Positions 51,188 through 62,000 are shown, counted from the stretch's first letter. The stretch: DNA of 64,000 bases from Gemmatimonadaceae bacterium (GCA_051859245.1 JBHYGA010000004.1:480001-544000), one strand, 5' to 3'. Notes: generated by a model from the letters alone, not told the origin. Program-made: numbers and translations.

Positions 51188-51664
51188 GCGACGGTGCAGA
51201 ACCTGTTGATCTTCGCCGTGACGCAAAAAACGGCGGCTGAACTCATTACCGCGCGTGCCAATCCCGACGATCCGCACTTCGGTCTGCTGGCGTGGAAAGG
51301 CGACAAGGTGCGCAAGACGGACATTGTCGTCGCAAAGAACTACCTCACCGAAGACGAGATCGATACGCTGAACCGATTGGTGGTCATCTTCCTAGAAACC
51401 GCCGAGCTGCGCGCCAAGAGCAAACAGGAAACGCGTATGGCGTTCTGGAAGCAGAACGTGGATCAGATCATCAGCTCGAACGGATTCCCGCTACTCTCGA
51501 ACGCGGGTTCGGTCAGTCACGAACAAATGGAAGCGCGCACGGGCGAGTTATATCTCGCGTTTGATAAGCAGCGCAAACCACTCGAGGCGCAGAAAGCAAA
51601 TGCGCTAGACGCAGCCGACCTCGAAGCGCTGGAGTCCACTATCAAGCGACGTATCAAGCAATGA
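51188..51664 (+). pseudogene. rhuM: 3' half duplicate of rhuM
   Basis: Colinear with 47437-47910 from ATVQNLLIF to IKRR; N-terminal half absent. Confidence 0.88.
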
Positions 51665-52026
51665 CCAATCCGTTCTTCGGCAGTTGGCGAATTGTGGAGA
51701 TGGAACTCTGGGGCGCCGACTACCTCGATCTTGTGGTCCAGGCGCATATCACGTTTGAATCCGATCGGCACGGATCGTTTCAGTTTGGTGCCGTGCGCGG
51801 AAGGATCGACTATCGGACAACCGATAGTGGAGAATCGCCGAGAGTAGATTTTTCGTGGGAGGGATTCAACGACGCCGACCGGAGTTGTGGTAGAGGTTGG
51901 GCGGTCATCACAAATGAGCAGTTGATCGGACGTTTGTTCCTCCACAACAGTGATGATTCCGCATTTGTCGCAGAGCGAACGTCTGACGCCGACCGTCGTC
52001 GGTCGCGTTCACGTCGCAAGTCGTAA
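51661..52026 (+). CDS. Small beta-barrel-like hypothetical protein
   Basis: GSWRIVEMELW, FSWEG.D..GRGWA; ATGA overlap with the rhuM remnant. Confidence 0.7.
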   Translation: MTNPFFGSWRIVEMELWGADYLDLVVQAHITFESDRHGSFQFGAVRGRIDYRTTDSGESPRVDFSWEGFNDADRSCGRGWAVITNEQLIGRLFLHNSDDSAFVAERTSDADRRRSRSRRKS

Positions 52027-52065
52027 AGGGCGATTTCGAAGGCTAATATTCTAATCGAAGCCACA

Positions 52066-52497
52066 ATGGACCCACGTACCATTCTGCCGCATCGATATCC
52101 ATTTCTGCTGGTAGACACCATCGATGACGTCGAGCGCGGAAAATCCGCGCGCGGCACAAAACTGGTGACGGGATCCGAGTGGTTGGTGATTGGCACAACC
52201 GGCGCGAACACACGGCGCGCCATGCCACATCTGCTCATCGTGGAAGCACTCGCGCAGCTGTCCGCGGCGGTGATGCAAGGACTGGTCGATAGCGAAGGCG
52301 CGATCGGCTATTTCATGGGCATCAACAACGCGCGCTTTCGCGGAGAGGCCGTGCCGGGTGACGTGATCGCGCTCTATGTGGAGCTGCAACAGTTTCGACG
52401 CGGCATCTGCAAGACGCACGGCGTGGCGAGCGTGAATGAAACGCAGGTTGTGCGGGTGGATATCACGTCGATAATTCGTAGTGCATCGACTGCCTGA
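52066..52497 (+). CDS. FabZ-like hot-dog fold protein
   Basis: LPHRYPFLLVD, MP..LIVEALAQ, ARFR..VPGD; canonical GHFP absent. Confidence 0.8.
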   Translation: MDPRTILPHRYPFLLVDTIDDVERGKSARGTKLVTGSEWLVIGTTGANTRRAMPHLLIVEALAQLSAAVMQGLVDSEGAIGYFMGINNARFRGEAVPGDVIALYVELQQFRRGICKTHGVASVNETQVVRVDITSIIRSASTA

Positions 52498-52646
52498 CTC
52501 AATCAGAATCGACTTGAGTTCATTCCCGAATAGGCGATGCACAATATGCGCGGGTTTCTGAAAGAAGCCCGGTTGTCGCAAGGCTGCTCGCCAACCCGAT
52601 CGGGATCGGTTAGGATCAAGTAGATCACACTCTGCCCGAGCACACC

Positions 52647-52829
52647 ATGGCCCATCCGACCGCGAAGGATCTGCTCCAAGAAGCTGTCGACCATCTCCCG
52701 ACGGATGCCTCGGTTGAGGAGGCCATGAAGCGCCTGCTCTTCCTCGCGAAGATCGAACGCGGGAAGGCCGACCGCGAGGCGGAACGGCTGGTCGAGCACG
52801 ACGAGGTCAGGCGTCGCCTCGCTCTCTGA
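52647..52829 (+). CDS. Antitoxin-like small protein
   Basis: LP.DAS.EE...L..LAKIERG.AD...RLVEHDEV pattern typical of RelE/ParE partners. Confidence 0.6.
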   Translation: MAHPTAKDLLQEAVDHLPTDASVEEAMKRLLFLAKIERGKADREAERLVEHDEVRRRLAL

Positions 52830-52942
52830 TGCGGAGCGACGTGCCTCTATAACGCAGTCGATCAACTCTCCGCGTTCCCTGACTCCGAGCGCATCGTGCC
52901 GGAGCGCGGCAACCCAACACTGCGACAACTCGTGCGACCGCG

Positions 52943-54064
52943 CTATTTGCTTCGGCGTGTTAGCGAGTGCAGGTGAATCGTCTCCACATCGTCCTCGTCG
53001 CGATGCACACCGAGTACGTAATCGCGACCGATCTCCATCACGCGCAGGCCGGCCGGCAACTGCGCGCGCGCGACGGGCACTCCGCTCACGTCGTAGACCG
53101 TCCACCGATTGAGGTCCACCGGCCAACCGTATTCGCGTACCCAGATCAGGCCCGTTGCATCACCAACCAGTTCTTTGAAGGCGGGCAAAACTGCGGGCAA
53201 TGGTACATCAGTGACTGCCTCGATCCACGCTGGCGACGAGCGCGGGGATTGCGTCGCCATGCGTACAAGGCTGTCGCGAATCTTGCGGTGTTCGCCACTC
53301 GTGAATCGGTGACGTGGTGCACGCAGACGGATAACGTTTACTCGCTTGCCATCGGCGTCGAATACGAGCAGGGAGTCGCCCGATATTTCGCCAGCGACCG
53401 TGTGCGTTGTGGTGCTCCCGACCACCACAGTGTTACCGAATGGCACGATCATCGCTGAACTTCCGTCTCGCGACGCATGCTGTTCGGTAGACCGGAACGA
53501 GCCGAGCGTGGACAAGCGGTTCCCTACGAGCAGATGCAGATCGGTGGGCACGTGGAAGATCTGCCTGGGTTGTTGCTGCACTCGACCACTCGCGTACACG
53601 AGCCACGCATCAGCGCGTGCGTATTGGAATAACGGCCTGCCCTGGAGGTTCATGTGCTCGATGAGCGGGGTCAACGCAACAGAGCGAACGAACTTTCCGT
53701 TGCGATCGAACACCTGCTCCGTGCGCGACAATAAGTCGAGTGCACCAATACTCCCGTCCTTCTTCCAGTAGGCCTGGCTGAGCGAACGAAACTCGCCCGG
53801 CCCCGACCCGCTGCGTCCAAACGTCGCCATCACGGCTCCCGTTTTGGACATCAGGTAGAGACGCTGCGAGCCATTGTTGGCGATCAGCAGCGCACCATCA
53901 TCGCGGCGCATGACGGATCGCACGCGCAACAGCACGTCTCCGCCGGGTAGCTCGTTCTCGATGACTTGTGTCGGCCGCGCGTCGACGATCCACTGTACCG
54001 GCTGCGCGTTGAGCGCGTTGCACAGCAGCGTCGAAGCGGCAAGTTGCAGCAAAGCGGATCGCAT
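52943..54064 (-). CDS. Secreted 6-bladed beta-propeller protein
   Basis: Signal peptide; FGRSGSGPGEF; GLIWVR; GVHRDEDDVE. Confidence 0.75.
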   Translation of the reverse strand: MRSALLQLAASTLLCNALNAQPVQWIVDARPTQVIENELPGGDVLLRVRSVMRRDDGALLIANNGSQRLYLMSKTGAVMATFGRSGSGPGEFRSLSQAYWKKDGSIGALDLLSRTEQVFDRNGKFVRSVALTPLIEHMNLQGRPLFQYARADAWLVYASGRVQQQPRQIFHVPTDLHLLVGNRLSTLGSFRSTEQHASRDGSSAMIVPFGNTVVVGSTTTHTVAGEISGDSLLVFDADGKRVNVIRLRAPRHRFTSGEHRKIRDSLVRMATQSPRSSPAWIEAVTDVPLPAVLPAFKELVGDATGLIWVREYGWPVDLNRWTVYDVSGVPVARAQLPAGLRVMEIGRDYVLGVHRDEDDVETIHLHSLTRRSK

Positions 54065-54166
54065 GAAGGCTGATCTGGGAACGTGAAGTTCGGTGGGCTG
54101 CGTGCGGGCGGGCCGGCTGACGTTTCGGCGAGATGTTGCAGACGATGCTATGCGGTGTGCACGGTA

Positions 54167-54220
54167 GTGAAGCCGGAATGTCTGTTCAAGTCGGAACAGT
54201 ATTGGTACTGATGAGGTCGG
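54167..54220 (+). repeat. Degenerate copy of the ahcY 3' end (att-like)
   Basis: 48/54 nt match to 34909-34962 by manual alignment. Confidence 0.9.
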
Positions 54221-54244
54221 CGGAGACCTGTGTGGCACCTTGAT

Positions 54245-54265
54245 TGTACATACGATGTGCGTACA
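54245..54265. promoter_or_regulatory. Palindromic operator candidate of brnTA
   Basis: TGTACATAC-N3-GTGCGTACA between TTGATT and TTTAAT hexamers just before the start. Confidence 0.55.
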
Positions 54266-54273
54266 TTTAATGA

Positions 54274-54567
54274 ATGAGTGCACCTCGGTTCGAGTGGGAT
54301 CCGCGGAAGGCGGCCCAGAACTTGAAAAAGCATGGCGTCGCCTTTCCGAAAGCCCAAACTGTTTTCGAGGACGAGGACGCGTTGTTGATCCCTGACCCGG
54401 ATCACTCGATCGACGAGGACCGCTACATCCTACTCGGCCTGAGCGGCGCCCTTCGGGTGCTTGTGGTCGTGCACTGCGAACGCCAGGAAGGCGATGTGAT
54501 TCGCCTCATTTCCGCGCGCAAAGCGACAAAGCCTGAGCAGCAGACTTATACCGATCGGAGGCTGTGA
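54274..54567 (+). CDS. brnT: BrnT family toxin
   Basis: FEWDPRKA..NLKKHGV.F, EDRY..LG, IRLISARKAT. Confidence 0.92.
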   Translation: MSAPRFEWDPRKAAQNLKKHGVAFPKAQTVFEDEDALLIPDPDHSIDEDRYILLGLSGALRVLVVVHCERQEGDVIRLISARKATKPEQQTYTDRRL

Positions 54568-54797
54568 TGCGTAAACAATACGATTTCGCTCACGCGAAGA
54601 AGAATCCGTACGCGAAACGCTTGAAGAAGCCCGTCACCATTCGGCTCGACGAATCGACCGTCGCCTACTTCAAATCACTCGCGGACGAAACGGAGTTGCC
54701 GTACCAAAGCCTGATCAATCTGTACCTGCGAGACTGCGCGGCCTCGGGACGACGACTCTCGATGACATGGCGGGCGTCCCGCGCAGGTCCCGCATAA
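54567..54797 (+). CDS. brnA: BrnA family antitoxin
   Basis: MRKQYDF, VTIRLD, PYQSLIN.YL; coupled to brnT. Confidence 0.9.
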   Translation: MRKQYDFAHAKKNPYAKRLKKPVTIRLDESTVAYFKSLADETELPYQSLINLYLRDCAASGRRLSMTWRASRAGPA

Positions 54798-54855
54798 CAC
54801 GCGTTGCTGCAGACAAGGGCATTGCGGTGCGCTTGTAACGGCCCCTCTCCGCGCC

Positions 54856-55437
54856 TCAGCTCACCGCCACGAAGTCCGTCGCCGAAAACCCTGCAGGAAA
54901 CTCCTGCGCTTCGAGCTCAGCGAATCCGGTACCAATCGCCGCAGGGTTGAGCGACAGCGCCGAGACGAGCGCTGCGTGCCGGTCGGTTTCGAACGTGTAG
55001 GCGCCACCTTCACCCGCGTCGGCTCGCAGGATCTCTTCAATCTTCATCGCGTCAGCCGGTCTGGTGAACGCGCGCGCGAGGGCCCGGGCATCGCCGCCCT
55101 GTTCCACCATGGCCGCGTCGTCCTCATCAAGATCGAAGTGCGACGGATCGGAGATGTACTCGTCCACCAACTCGCCGCTCTCGTAGAACGCATACATGAG
55201 CACGCTGTCATCGTGGTTGATCACGGCCAGCGCCTCACAGTCCATCGACCCGGAGTACAGCTCGGCCTGCGCGTGCACGAACTCCGGATCGTCGGACTCC
55301 TCACCGCCGTCGAACACGACGATCGAGCCGTTGCGAGCGGACGAGATCCGAGCGGTCCGGCCGGATTGTTGCGCGATCTGCACGACCGAAGCCTGATCGG
55401 CGGTGCGCAGCGTGAGGTTGGCGTAAAAACGGCCCAT
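54856..55437 (-). CDS. Acidic hypothetical protein
   Basis: ~193 aa; HDDSVLMY..Y..GELVDEY.SDP. Confidence 0.7.
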   Translation of the reverse strand: MGRFYANLTLRTADQASVVQIAQQSGRTARISSARNGSIVVFDGGEESDDPEFVHAQAELYSGSMDCEALAVINHDDSVLMYAFYESGELVDEYISDPSHFDLDEDDAAMVEQGGDARALARAFTRPADAMKIEEILRADAGEGGAYTFETDRHAALVSALSLNPAAIGTGFAELEAQEFPAGFSATDFVAVS

Positions 55438-55493
55438 GGGTTTGCGTCGGGGTGGGAAAAGAAACTGGTCGTTCAAAATGAAAATCGGCGAAC

Positions 55494-55982
55494 CTACTTT
55501 TTCAGTACGTCGGTCAGCAGCATGCCGCGCACGTCCTGAATGTCATCAATGCGCCACCGGTCGTCGTTGCGCTCCTGATCGTTGCGCAAAAGGTACGTGA
55601 TGGTCCAACTGCGCTCCCCATCAGTGAACGTCACCGGCACCCACGCTTTTTCGGACCGCACTTTCGCGTCGCCGATCGTGAAGCTGGTCGCGCCCTGGCT
55701 CCCGCTAAACGGATCGATCACCATCGGCGGCTTCGTCGTGGACTCTGCCGCACGCCCGAAAAAGTCGAATAAGGTGCGACGAAATCTTCGGGTAAGGAAT
55801 CGCTCCTTTTTGTCCATGCCGCTCGCGGTGAACGCCCGCGTACCCGCCATGTGCAGCTTGAGGAACTCGCGCACCGGGCGCTCCGCATAATCAATGAGCC
55901 CGGCGCTCGCGATTGTTGGCGCGAGTGCCAGAACGATTACGCTTGTGCCGGTGAGTTGCAGCCAGCGGCGACGGGTGAGCAT
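55494..55982 (-). CDS. Exported hypothetical protein (Tat-like signal, NTF2/DUF3828-like)
   Basis: TRRRWL twin-arginine leader; DPF...Q and WRIDDI motifs. Confidence 0.6.
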   Translation of the reverse strand: MLTRRRWLQLTGTSVIVLALAPTIASAGLIDYAERPVREFLKLHMAGTRAFTASGMDKKERFLTRRFRRTLFDFFGRAAESTTKPPMVIDPFSGSQGATSFTIGDAKVRSEKAWVPVTFTDGERSWTITYLLRNDQERNDDRWRIDDIQDVRGMLLTDVLKK

Positions 55983-56069
55983 GCGTTAAATGTACGTCAC
56001 CTGCGTTTCAATCGTCGCAGCGCGCATTCGCCGCAGCGCGTTCGCGACTCCCTCCCGAAGACCCCCGCC

Positions 56070-57713
56070 ATGATGTTGACCCCACACGTGCCCCTTCATC
56101 GCTCTGCACGCCTTTGGGCGCTTGCCAGCGCCATCCTGTTGGCCGCCTCGCCCATTGCATCGCCAGTGGCCGCGCAGGAGCTGCAGACGCACGCGGAACG
56201 CTCGGGCTTTACCGAGTACACGCCGTACGATTCGATGATGAAGTACCTGCAGCAACTCCAGGGAATGAGCCCGGAAGTGCGCATGGGCATTTACGGCAAG
56301 AGCTATCAGGGACGGGAGCTGCCCTACATGGTTTTCTCGCGTCCGGCCGTGAGTGAGCCGTGGGAGGCCTGGTCGCTGGGACGCCCGGTGGTCGTCCTGA
56401 ACGCCAACGTGCACGGCGGTGAGCGCACGCTTCGCGAGTCACTGCTGATTCTGATGCGGGAGATGGCCACGCCGGGCACGGAGGCTAACGCCTATCTGGA
56501 TAAGGTGGTCATTGTGGTGGCCCCGCAGATCAATCCCGACGGCTTTTCTGCGTCCCCGAACGGGACGCGTGGCAATGCCTGGGGCGTTGATATGAACCGG
56601 GACTGGGTCAAGCGCGAGCAGCCGTCCATGGCCGCCTACGCCCAGAACGTGATCGGTCGCTGGATGCCCCACATGTTCGTGGACGGGCATAACGGGGGCT
56701 CGTTCCCGTACCAGCTGACGTATCAGTGCCCTTCGCATGCGGAGCCCGACCAGCGGATTACGGAGCTGTGCGACAAGGAGATCTTTCCGGCCATCGACCG
56801 TCGACTGGAGGCGGTGGGCATGGACACGTGGTACTACCAGAACGGCTCCCGCACGCGTTGGAATGGCGGCGGCTCCGATGCTCGTATCGGCCGCAACTTT
56901 GGCGGCTTCGCCAACATGGTAGGCATCCTCTTCGAGTCGCCCCCGGGTCAACCCATGAATGAGGGCGTGAAGGCGGGCGTTTTGGGCTACAAGGCAGTGG
57001 TGGAGTACGCCCGCGACAACTCGGCCAAGCTCATGGACATTGTAAACCGGGCGCGGCGTGAGACGGTGGAGATGGGTCAGCGCGCAGAGGGCCAGGTTGT
57101 TGTGGAGATGGAGTATCAGCCACAGCCCTACCCGGTCACGTACGAGATCGGCGTGCGCGAGGACGGCGTGCTCAAGCGGGTGAAGGTCACCCACGATTCC
57201 ATGATGACGCGCCCGGTGGCCACGAAGACCAGACCGCGCCCCTACGCGTACATCCTTCCCCGCGAAGCGGTGAACGCGGTGGCAATGCTGCAACGCGCTG
57301 GCGTGACGGTCGAGCGTTTGCTGGAGCCGATGCAGACCGATGTGGAGTCGTACGTCATTGAGAGCGTGAGCTTTGAGCAGGCGTATAACCACGCCGCGGC
57401 CGTGCGGCTCAAGTTGGCCGACACGACGCTGAAGCGCACCGAGACGTTCCCGGCGGGGAGTTACGTGATCCGCACCGGACAGATGATGGGCCGGCTGGCC
57501 GCCCATATGCTGGAGCCGGAGACGAATGACAACGTGTTCTACTGGAACACGATGGACGCGTGGATTCCGCTGTCGAGGCTGATGCCGTCTCGGCCGAGCC
57601 GGCCGGACCCGGAAGAGGGATTCCCGGGCGCTCAGGCGGCGCGGCCGCCGCTGGCGCCGGTCTACAAGGTGACGCGTCCGCGCGCGATTCCGTCGCGGAT
57701 TGTGGAGCCCTAA
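56070..57713 (+). CDS. M14 zinc carboxypeptidase family protein
   Basis: Signal peptide; NVHGGE, NPDG, DMNRD, VDGH. Confidence 0.88.
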   Translation: MMLTPHVPLHRSARLWALASAILLAASPIASPVAAQELQTHAERSGFTEYTPYDSMMKYLQQLQGMSPEVRMGIYGKSYQGRELPYMVFSRPAVSEPWEAWSLGRPVVVLNANVHGGERTLRESLLILMREMATPGTEANAYLDKVVIVVAPQINPDGFSASPNGTRGNAWGVDMNRDWVKREQPSMAAYAQNVIGRWMPHMFVDGHNGGSFPYQLTYQCPSHAEPDQRITELCDKEIFPAIDRRLEAVGMDTWYYQNGSRTRWNGGGSDARIGRNFGGFANMVGILFESPPGQPMNEGVKAGVLGYKAVVEYARDNSAKLMDIVNRARRETVEMGQRAEGQVVVEMEYQPQPYPVTYEIGVREDGVLKRVKVTHDSMMTRPVATKTRPRPYAYILPREAVNAVAMLQRAGVTVERLLEPMQTDVESYVIESVSFEQAYNHAAAVRLKLADTTLKRTETFPAGSYVIRTGQMMGRLAAHMLEPETNDNVFYWNTMDAWIPLSRLMPSRPSRPDPEEGFPGAQAARPPLAPVYKVTRPRAIPSRIVEP

Positions 57714-58168
57714 GACACCGCGATCCCGGTAAGCTTCGCGTTTGCGGCCTTTTCCATATCGAGAATTTTCGAGAGCAGATCGTGTGCCTCGTCGTTCTTG
57801 AGCTGCTTGGCCCACTCGCGAAGCGTGCCGTAGCGCGCAATCTCGTAGTGCTCGACGGCCTGTGCGGCACCGATCAGACACGCTTCCAACGCCTCGCCAC
57901 TGGCCTCCTCCATAATGCCTTCGGCCTCTTTGATGAGGCCTTCAATGGCGTCGCATTTTTCGCCCTCAGACGGCTGGTCAATTGAGGCGAAGACCTTCTG
58001 GAGGATCTTGACCTGCTCCTTCGTCTCCTTCAGGTGCTCTTCAAAGGCCGATTTCAAATCAGCTGAGGAGGCCGCTTCGATCATCTTGGGCAGCGCCTTG
58101 ACGATCGCTTTTTCGGCGTAATACACGTCTTTGAGCGTGTGATGGAACGCTTCTGCTTGAGTTTTCAT
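57710..58168 (-). CDS. YciE/YciF ferritin-like protein (DUF892)
   Basis: LKDVYYAEK, HLKET, AQAVEHYEIARYGTL. Confidence 0.92.
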   Translation of the reverse strand: MKTQAEAFHHTLKDVYYAEKAIVKALPKMIEAASSADLKSAFEEHLKETKEQVKILQKVFASIDQPSEGEKCDAIEGLIKEAEGIMEEASGEALEACLIGAAQAVEHYEIARYGTLREWAKQLKNDEAHDLLSKILDMEKAANAKLTGIAVS

Positions 58169-58366
58169 GAGTCGATCCCCAGACGAGAAATAGTGCGACG
58201 GCGGCCGAGCGCATCGCGCCTACGGGAAGAGGCCACCGACACATCGAACATGGGGCAGGCGGGCGCGTAGAGCTATCCAACGTTGGAGCGGTTCTCTGCT
58301 AGTCCGAGTGGACAATAGGCGTTGTCAGCGCCGAGCTCTTCCACAACCGACCAGTTGCTCCAGTTC

Positions 58367-58403
58367 ATCGATCGCAGTATCGTTGTACGATACGCCTATC
58401 GAT
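58367..58403. promoter_or_regulatory. Palindromic operator candidate of the AbrB-VapC module
   Basis: ATCGAT-N4-GTATCGT-N3-ACGATAC-N4-ATCGAT. Confidence 0.6.
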
Positions 58404-58412
58404 GAGGTTCCG

Positions 58413-58619
58413 ATGTCCGTCGTCACCGTATCGCCGAAGTTTCAGGTGGTCATTCCGCGCGAAATCCGGGAAGCGTTGCGTCTGGAGCCCGGACAGAAAG
58501 TGCAAGTGCTGCAGTATCAGAATCGGGTCGAGTTCATTCCGGTTCAGGCGATGCGCAAGATGCGCGGGTTTCTGAAAGGCATCGACACGACCGTGCCGCG
58601 TGACCGGGACCGCGTGTGA
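58413..58619 (+). CDS. vapB: AbrB/MazE-type antitoxin
   Basis: VSPKFQVVIPREIREAL.L.PG. Confidence 0.88.
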   Translation: MSVVTVSPKFQVVIPREIREALRLEPGQKVQVLQYQNRVEFIPVQAMRKMRGFLKGIDTTVPRDRDRV

Positions 58620-58993
58620 ATCTGATCGACTCGTCGGCGTGGCTCGAATACTTCGCCGGGAGCAGACAGGCGTCGCATGTGACGGCCGCCATCGAAAACA
58701 TCGGGCGCCTGTTAGTCCCCACGATAGTGCTTGTGGAAGTCACGCGGCGTGTCATGCAGCAGCGAGACGAAGACGCCGCATTGCAAGTTGCTGCCGTGAT
58801 GCATCAAGGCCAGATCGTAGCGCTCGACAGCGGGATTGCATTGAGTGCGGCGCATTTTGGCGTCGTCCACAAACTGCCCTTGGCGGACAGCATCATTTTC
58901 GCTACCGCGAAGCAGTTCGACGCCACCATTTGGACGTTCGATGCCGACTTCAAAGACCTGCCCGGCGTGAACTACTTCGCCAAATCGAAGTAG
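58616..58993 (+). CDS. vapC: PIN-domain toxin
   Basis: IDSSAWLE, LADSII.ATA, WTFDADF; GTGA overlap. Confidence 0.92.
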   Translation: MNLIDSSAWLEYFAGSRQASHVTAAIENIGRLLVPTIVLVEVTRRVMQQRDEDAALQVAAVMHQGQIVALDSGIALSAAHFGVVHKLPLADSIIFATAKQFDATIWTFDADFKDLPGVNYFAKSK

Positions 58994-59052
58994 CGTGGGC
59001 TCGGAGTTCCAAGCTGAGCACGCTATTCCGCGGCGGTGCGCCAGCAACGCAC

Positions 59053-62000
59053 TCACCCCGGCGCCAACTTCGCGCGCAGTGCCGCCACACGCTCGCGCGC
59101 GGCGCGCACCACGGGCTCTTGCTCCGGTTCTGGCATTGTCCAGTCGGCGAGGAAGGCGTCGTAGTAACGGATCGCGCGGCGCAGATCGCCGCGCGCGTCG
59201 TACAGCTCGGCCAGCCGGCGCCTGGCCGTGGGAAAGTACACGGCATCGAAGTCGCCGAGGCTGGGAGAGGTGAGCGCCGCCTCCATCCAGATAATCGCCG
59301 AGTCGGGACGACCCGCGCGATCGTGCATCATGCCCATGAGAAACGCTTCTTCCGGGTCGGCCGACGCGCGTTCCGCGATGGCGAGCCGGAGGTGCCCGAT
59401 CGCCGCATCGTGCTCATCTGCCGCCATGGCGAGGTAGGCACGTCCGCGCGCCTCCGCGAAGCGCCGGAGAGGAGTGCGCGGCAGCTGGTCGCGCATGGCC
59501 GTCTCAAACGCCAGGCGCGCGATGCTCGTATCACCGGCCATTGCGGCGGCCAGCAATATGGGTGGCCATGGTCGGGAGTCGGCCGGAACGGCCTCGAGCA
59601 CAGCGGGCGCGGTAGCACGTCGCAGTTGCACTCGCGCTTGCGCTACATCGCCCCAGAAGAACACACTCGCAAAGGCCGAATCCGCGGTCGCCAGCATCAC
59701 GGCAACGCCGGGCGGTGCTCCAGCGGTCGCGGCCTTGTGCATGGCGGCGAGATAGCCGGTCGCCTCGCGCGGGCGACCACGCTGCGCAGCCCACCCGGAG
59801 AGGAATGCGTTCGTCAGTCGCGCCTGCCGACCTGACTTCGGCGCCTTGGCCAGCTGACGCGCCTCCACCACGGAACTGTCGAACAGTCCGCGCGCGTAGG
59901 CCTGCCACGAGCGCGCCTCCCAGAGATCAGCGTTGTCGGGCAACCGTTCGGCGAACAGTTGGGCGACGCTGTCGATGCCCGCGGTGTCGCGAAGTGCGTA
60001 GAGCACCTGGAGCAGGTTCGTGAAGTTGGAGCCTGATGCGCTGCGGGTGTTCAGCGAGCGACGAAGCGCCTGGGCCGCATCTTCATATCGACGCAGGTCG
60101 ACGTAAATGACCGACAGATTGTTGAGCGCGGTGGAGTTGGTGGAGTCGCGGCGCAGCACTTCTTCATACGCCGACGCCGCCTTGGTGTAATCGGGCTCTG
60201 GTCCGCGCGTGTAGTAGTAGCCCTCGGTGAAGGCCCGCTCCTCGTCGCTCAGCCGGTCCTTGTAGCGCATGGCATTCTCCAACGCCTGCGCCGCTCTCGG
60301 TGTGCGAGAACCCGAGTTGTTGAGCACTACCGCAATGCGCCGCCAGGCCATGGCGAACGTGCTGTCGAGTTCGACGGCGTCCTGCAGGAGCTGCAAGCCT
60401 CGGGTGTCATCGCCACGCGCGCCAAGGAATTGCGTTGCCTCCACGTATTTGCGCAGCGCCGGCAGCGACGCGGTGGTCACGCGTTCGAGCGGATGCGTAC
60501 GACGAATGCCTTTGAGCGACTCACCAACGCGTTCGCGAATACTGCGCGAGAGTGTGCCAACGGCGTTCACGAGCGTCTCGTCGCTCTCGGCTTCTTCGCG
60601 AAACGTTGCGAGTTCGGAGCCGTCGAGTGGCGAGACAAGTCGGGCGGAAATGACGTAGGTAGTGCCGAGCCGCACGATCTCACCGTCCACCACGGCGCGC
60701 GCGCCTTCACGCGTGGCGATTTCGCGGGCGAGTTCATACAGCACGATGCTTTCGCGCGGACGCTGCATACGATCGAGAATGTCCCGCACACTCGCGCGCG
60801 TCAGCACCGACAGGTTGGCCGACTGCGCCAGATCGGTGCGCAGCGCTTCCGCGACGGTGGTGCCGATGAGTGAGTCGTCGGCGGGCGGTCGGAAGTCGGC
60901 CACCACAATGGTCTCGCGCTCGCTGAACTCGCCCTTGGCCATGAGTGACGCCGCGGGCCCGACGCCGAGCGCACGTGTGGCGACAAAACCGCCGACGAGG
61001 AGCACGAGCGCACCGATGGCCACGGCTCCGGCCCGCCAGGTGCGCGTCCACGAAACGTGTGGACTGGCGCGCAGGGCAATCGTGGCCATCGTGCCGGCGG
61101 CCCGTGGTGTGCCACCGGGCGTAAAGGTGGGCGTGGCGGCGGCCGCGCGATGCGCGGTGCGATGGACCCACCACGTGCCAATCACGGCCGGCAGTCCGAG
61201 CAGTGCCACCGAGGCGGCCGCGATCAGCGCCCAGTCGGGGAGGCCGATGAATGTGGTGGCGGCGTAGACACTCAGGAGCAGGAACACCGAGATGGCCGCC
61301 CACGTGGCGAGGGCACGGGCGAGTCGCACGCGTCGTGCCGGTGCCCGCACAGCCCCGGAGGCGCTGCCGCTATGCGAGGCGTCGAGCGCGCGGACAATGC
61401 TCGCTGCATCCTGCGGGCGGTCTTCCGGACTCTTCGCGAGGCATTGCATGACCACCGCCGCGAGATCCGGAGGCAACGACGGCTGCAACTCGCGGATGTC
61501 CCTCGGCGGCTCACCGAGATGTGCGGCCAGCACGCGCGCCGGTGTGCGTCCAGCGAACACCTGTTGTCCCGAGAGCAGCTCATACGCCATTGCGCCGAAC
61601 GCGTACAGATCGGCGCGATGGTCGAGCTCGGGATCAGCGGCCGCCTGTTCGGGCGCCATGTAGGCCGGCGTGCCGATGGCCATGCCCGCCTGCGTGAGCG
61701 CCGTGTTGTTGCCCGCGGCGCGCGAGGCGGAGATGGCCTTCGCGATGCCGAAGTCGGTGACCGTGGCGCTGCCGGCGGAGAGCAGCACGTTGTCGGGCTT
61801 GATGTCGCGGTGCACAATGCCGTGGCTGTGTGCGTAGGCGAGTGCGCGCGCCACGTCTCGGAGCAGCCCCAGGGCTTCATCCAGCGGCACGGGGCCGCGC
61901 AGCATGCGCTCGCGCAGCGACTCACCGTCAACGTACGGCATGGAGAACCACGGCAGCCCGTTGGCGTCACCTGAGGCGAGTACCGGCACCACGTGCGGAT

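Noticed and set aside
56439..57881. 480 aa minus-strand ORF
   Set aside because: Antisense shadow of the M14 peptidase in GC-rich DNA; Arg/His-rich with no motifs
58600..59835. 411 aa plus-strand ORF
   Set aside because: Overlaps vapC out of frame and the kinase antisense; shadow ORF
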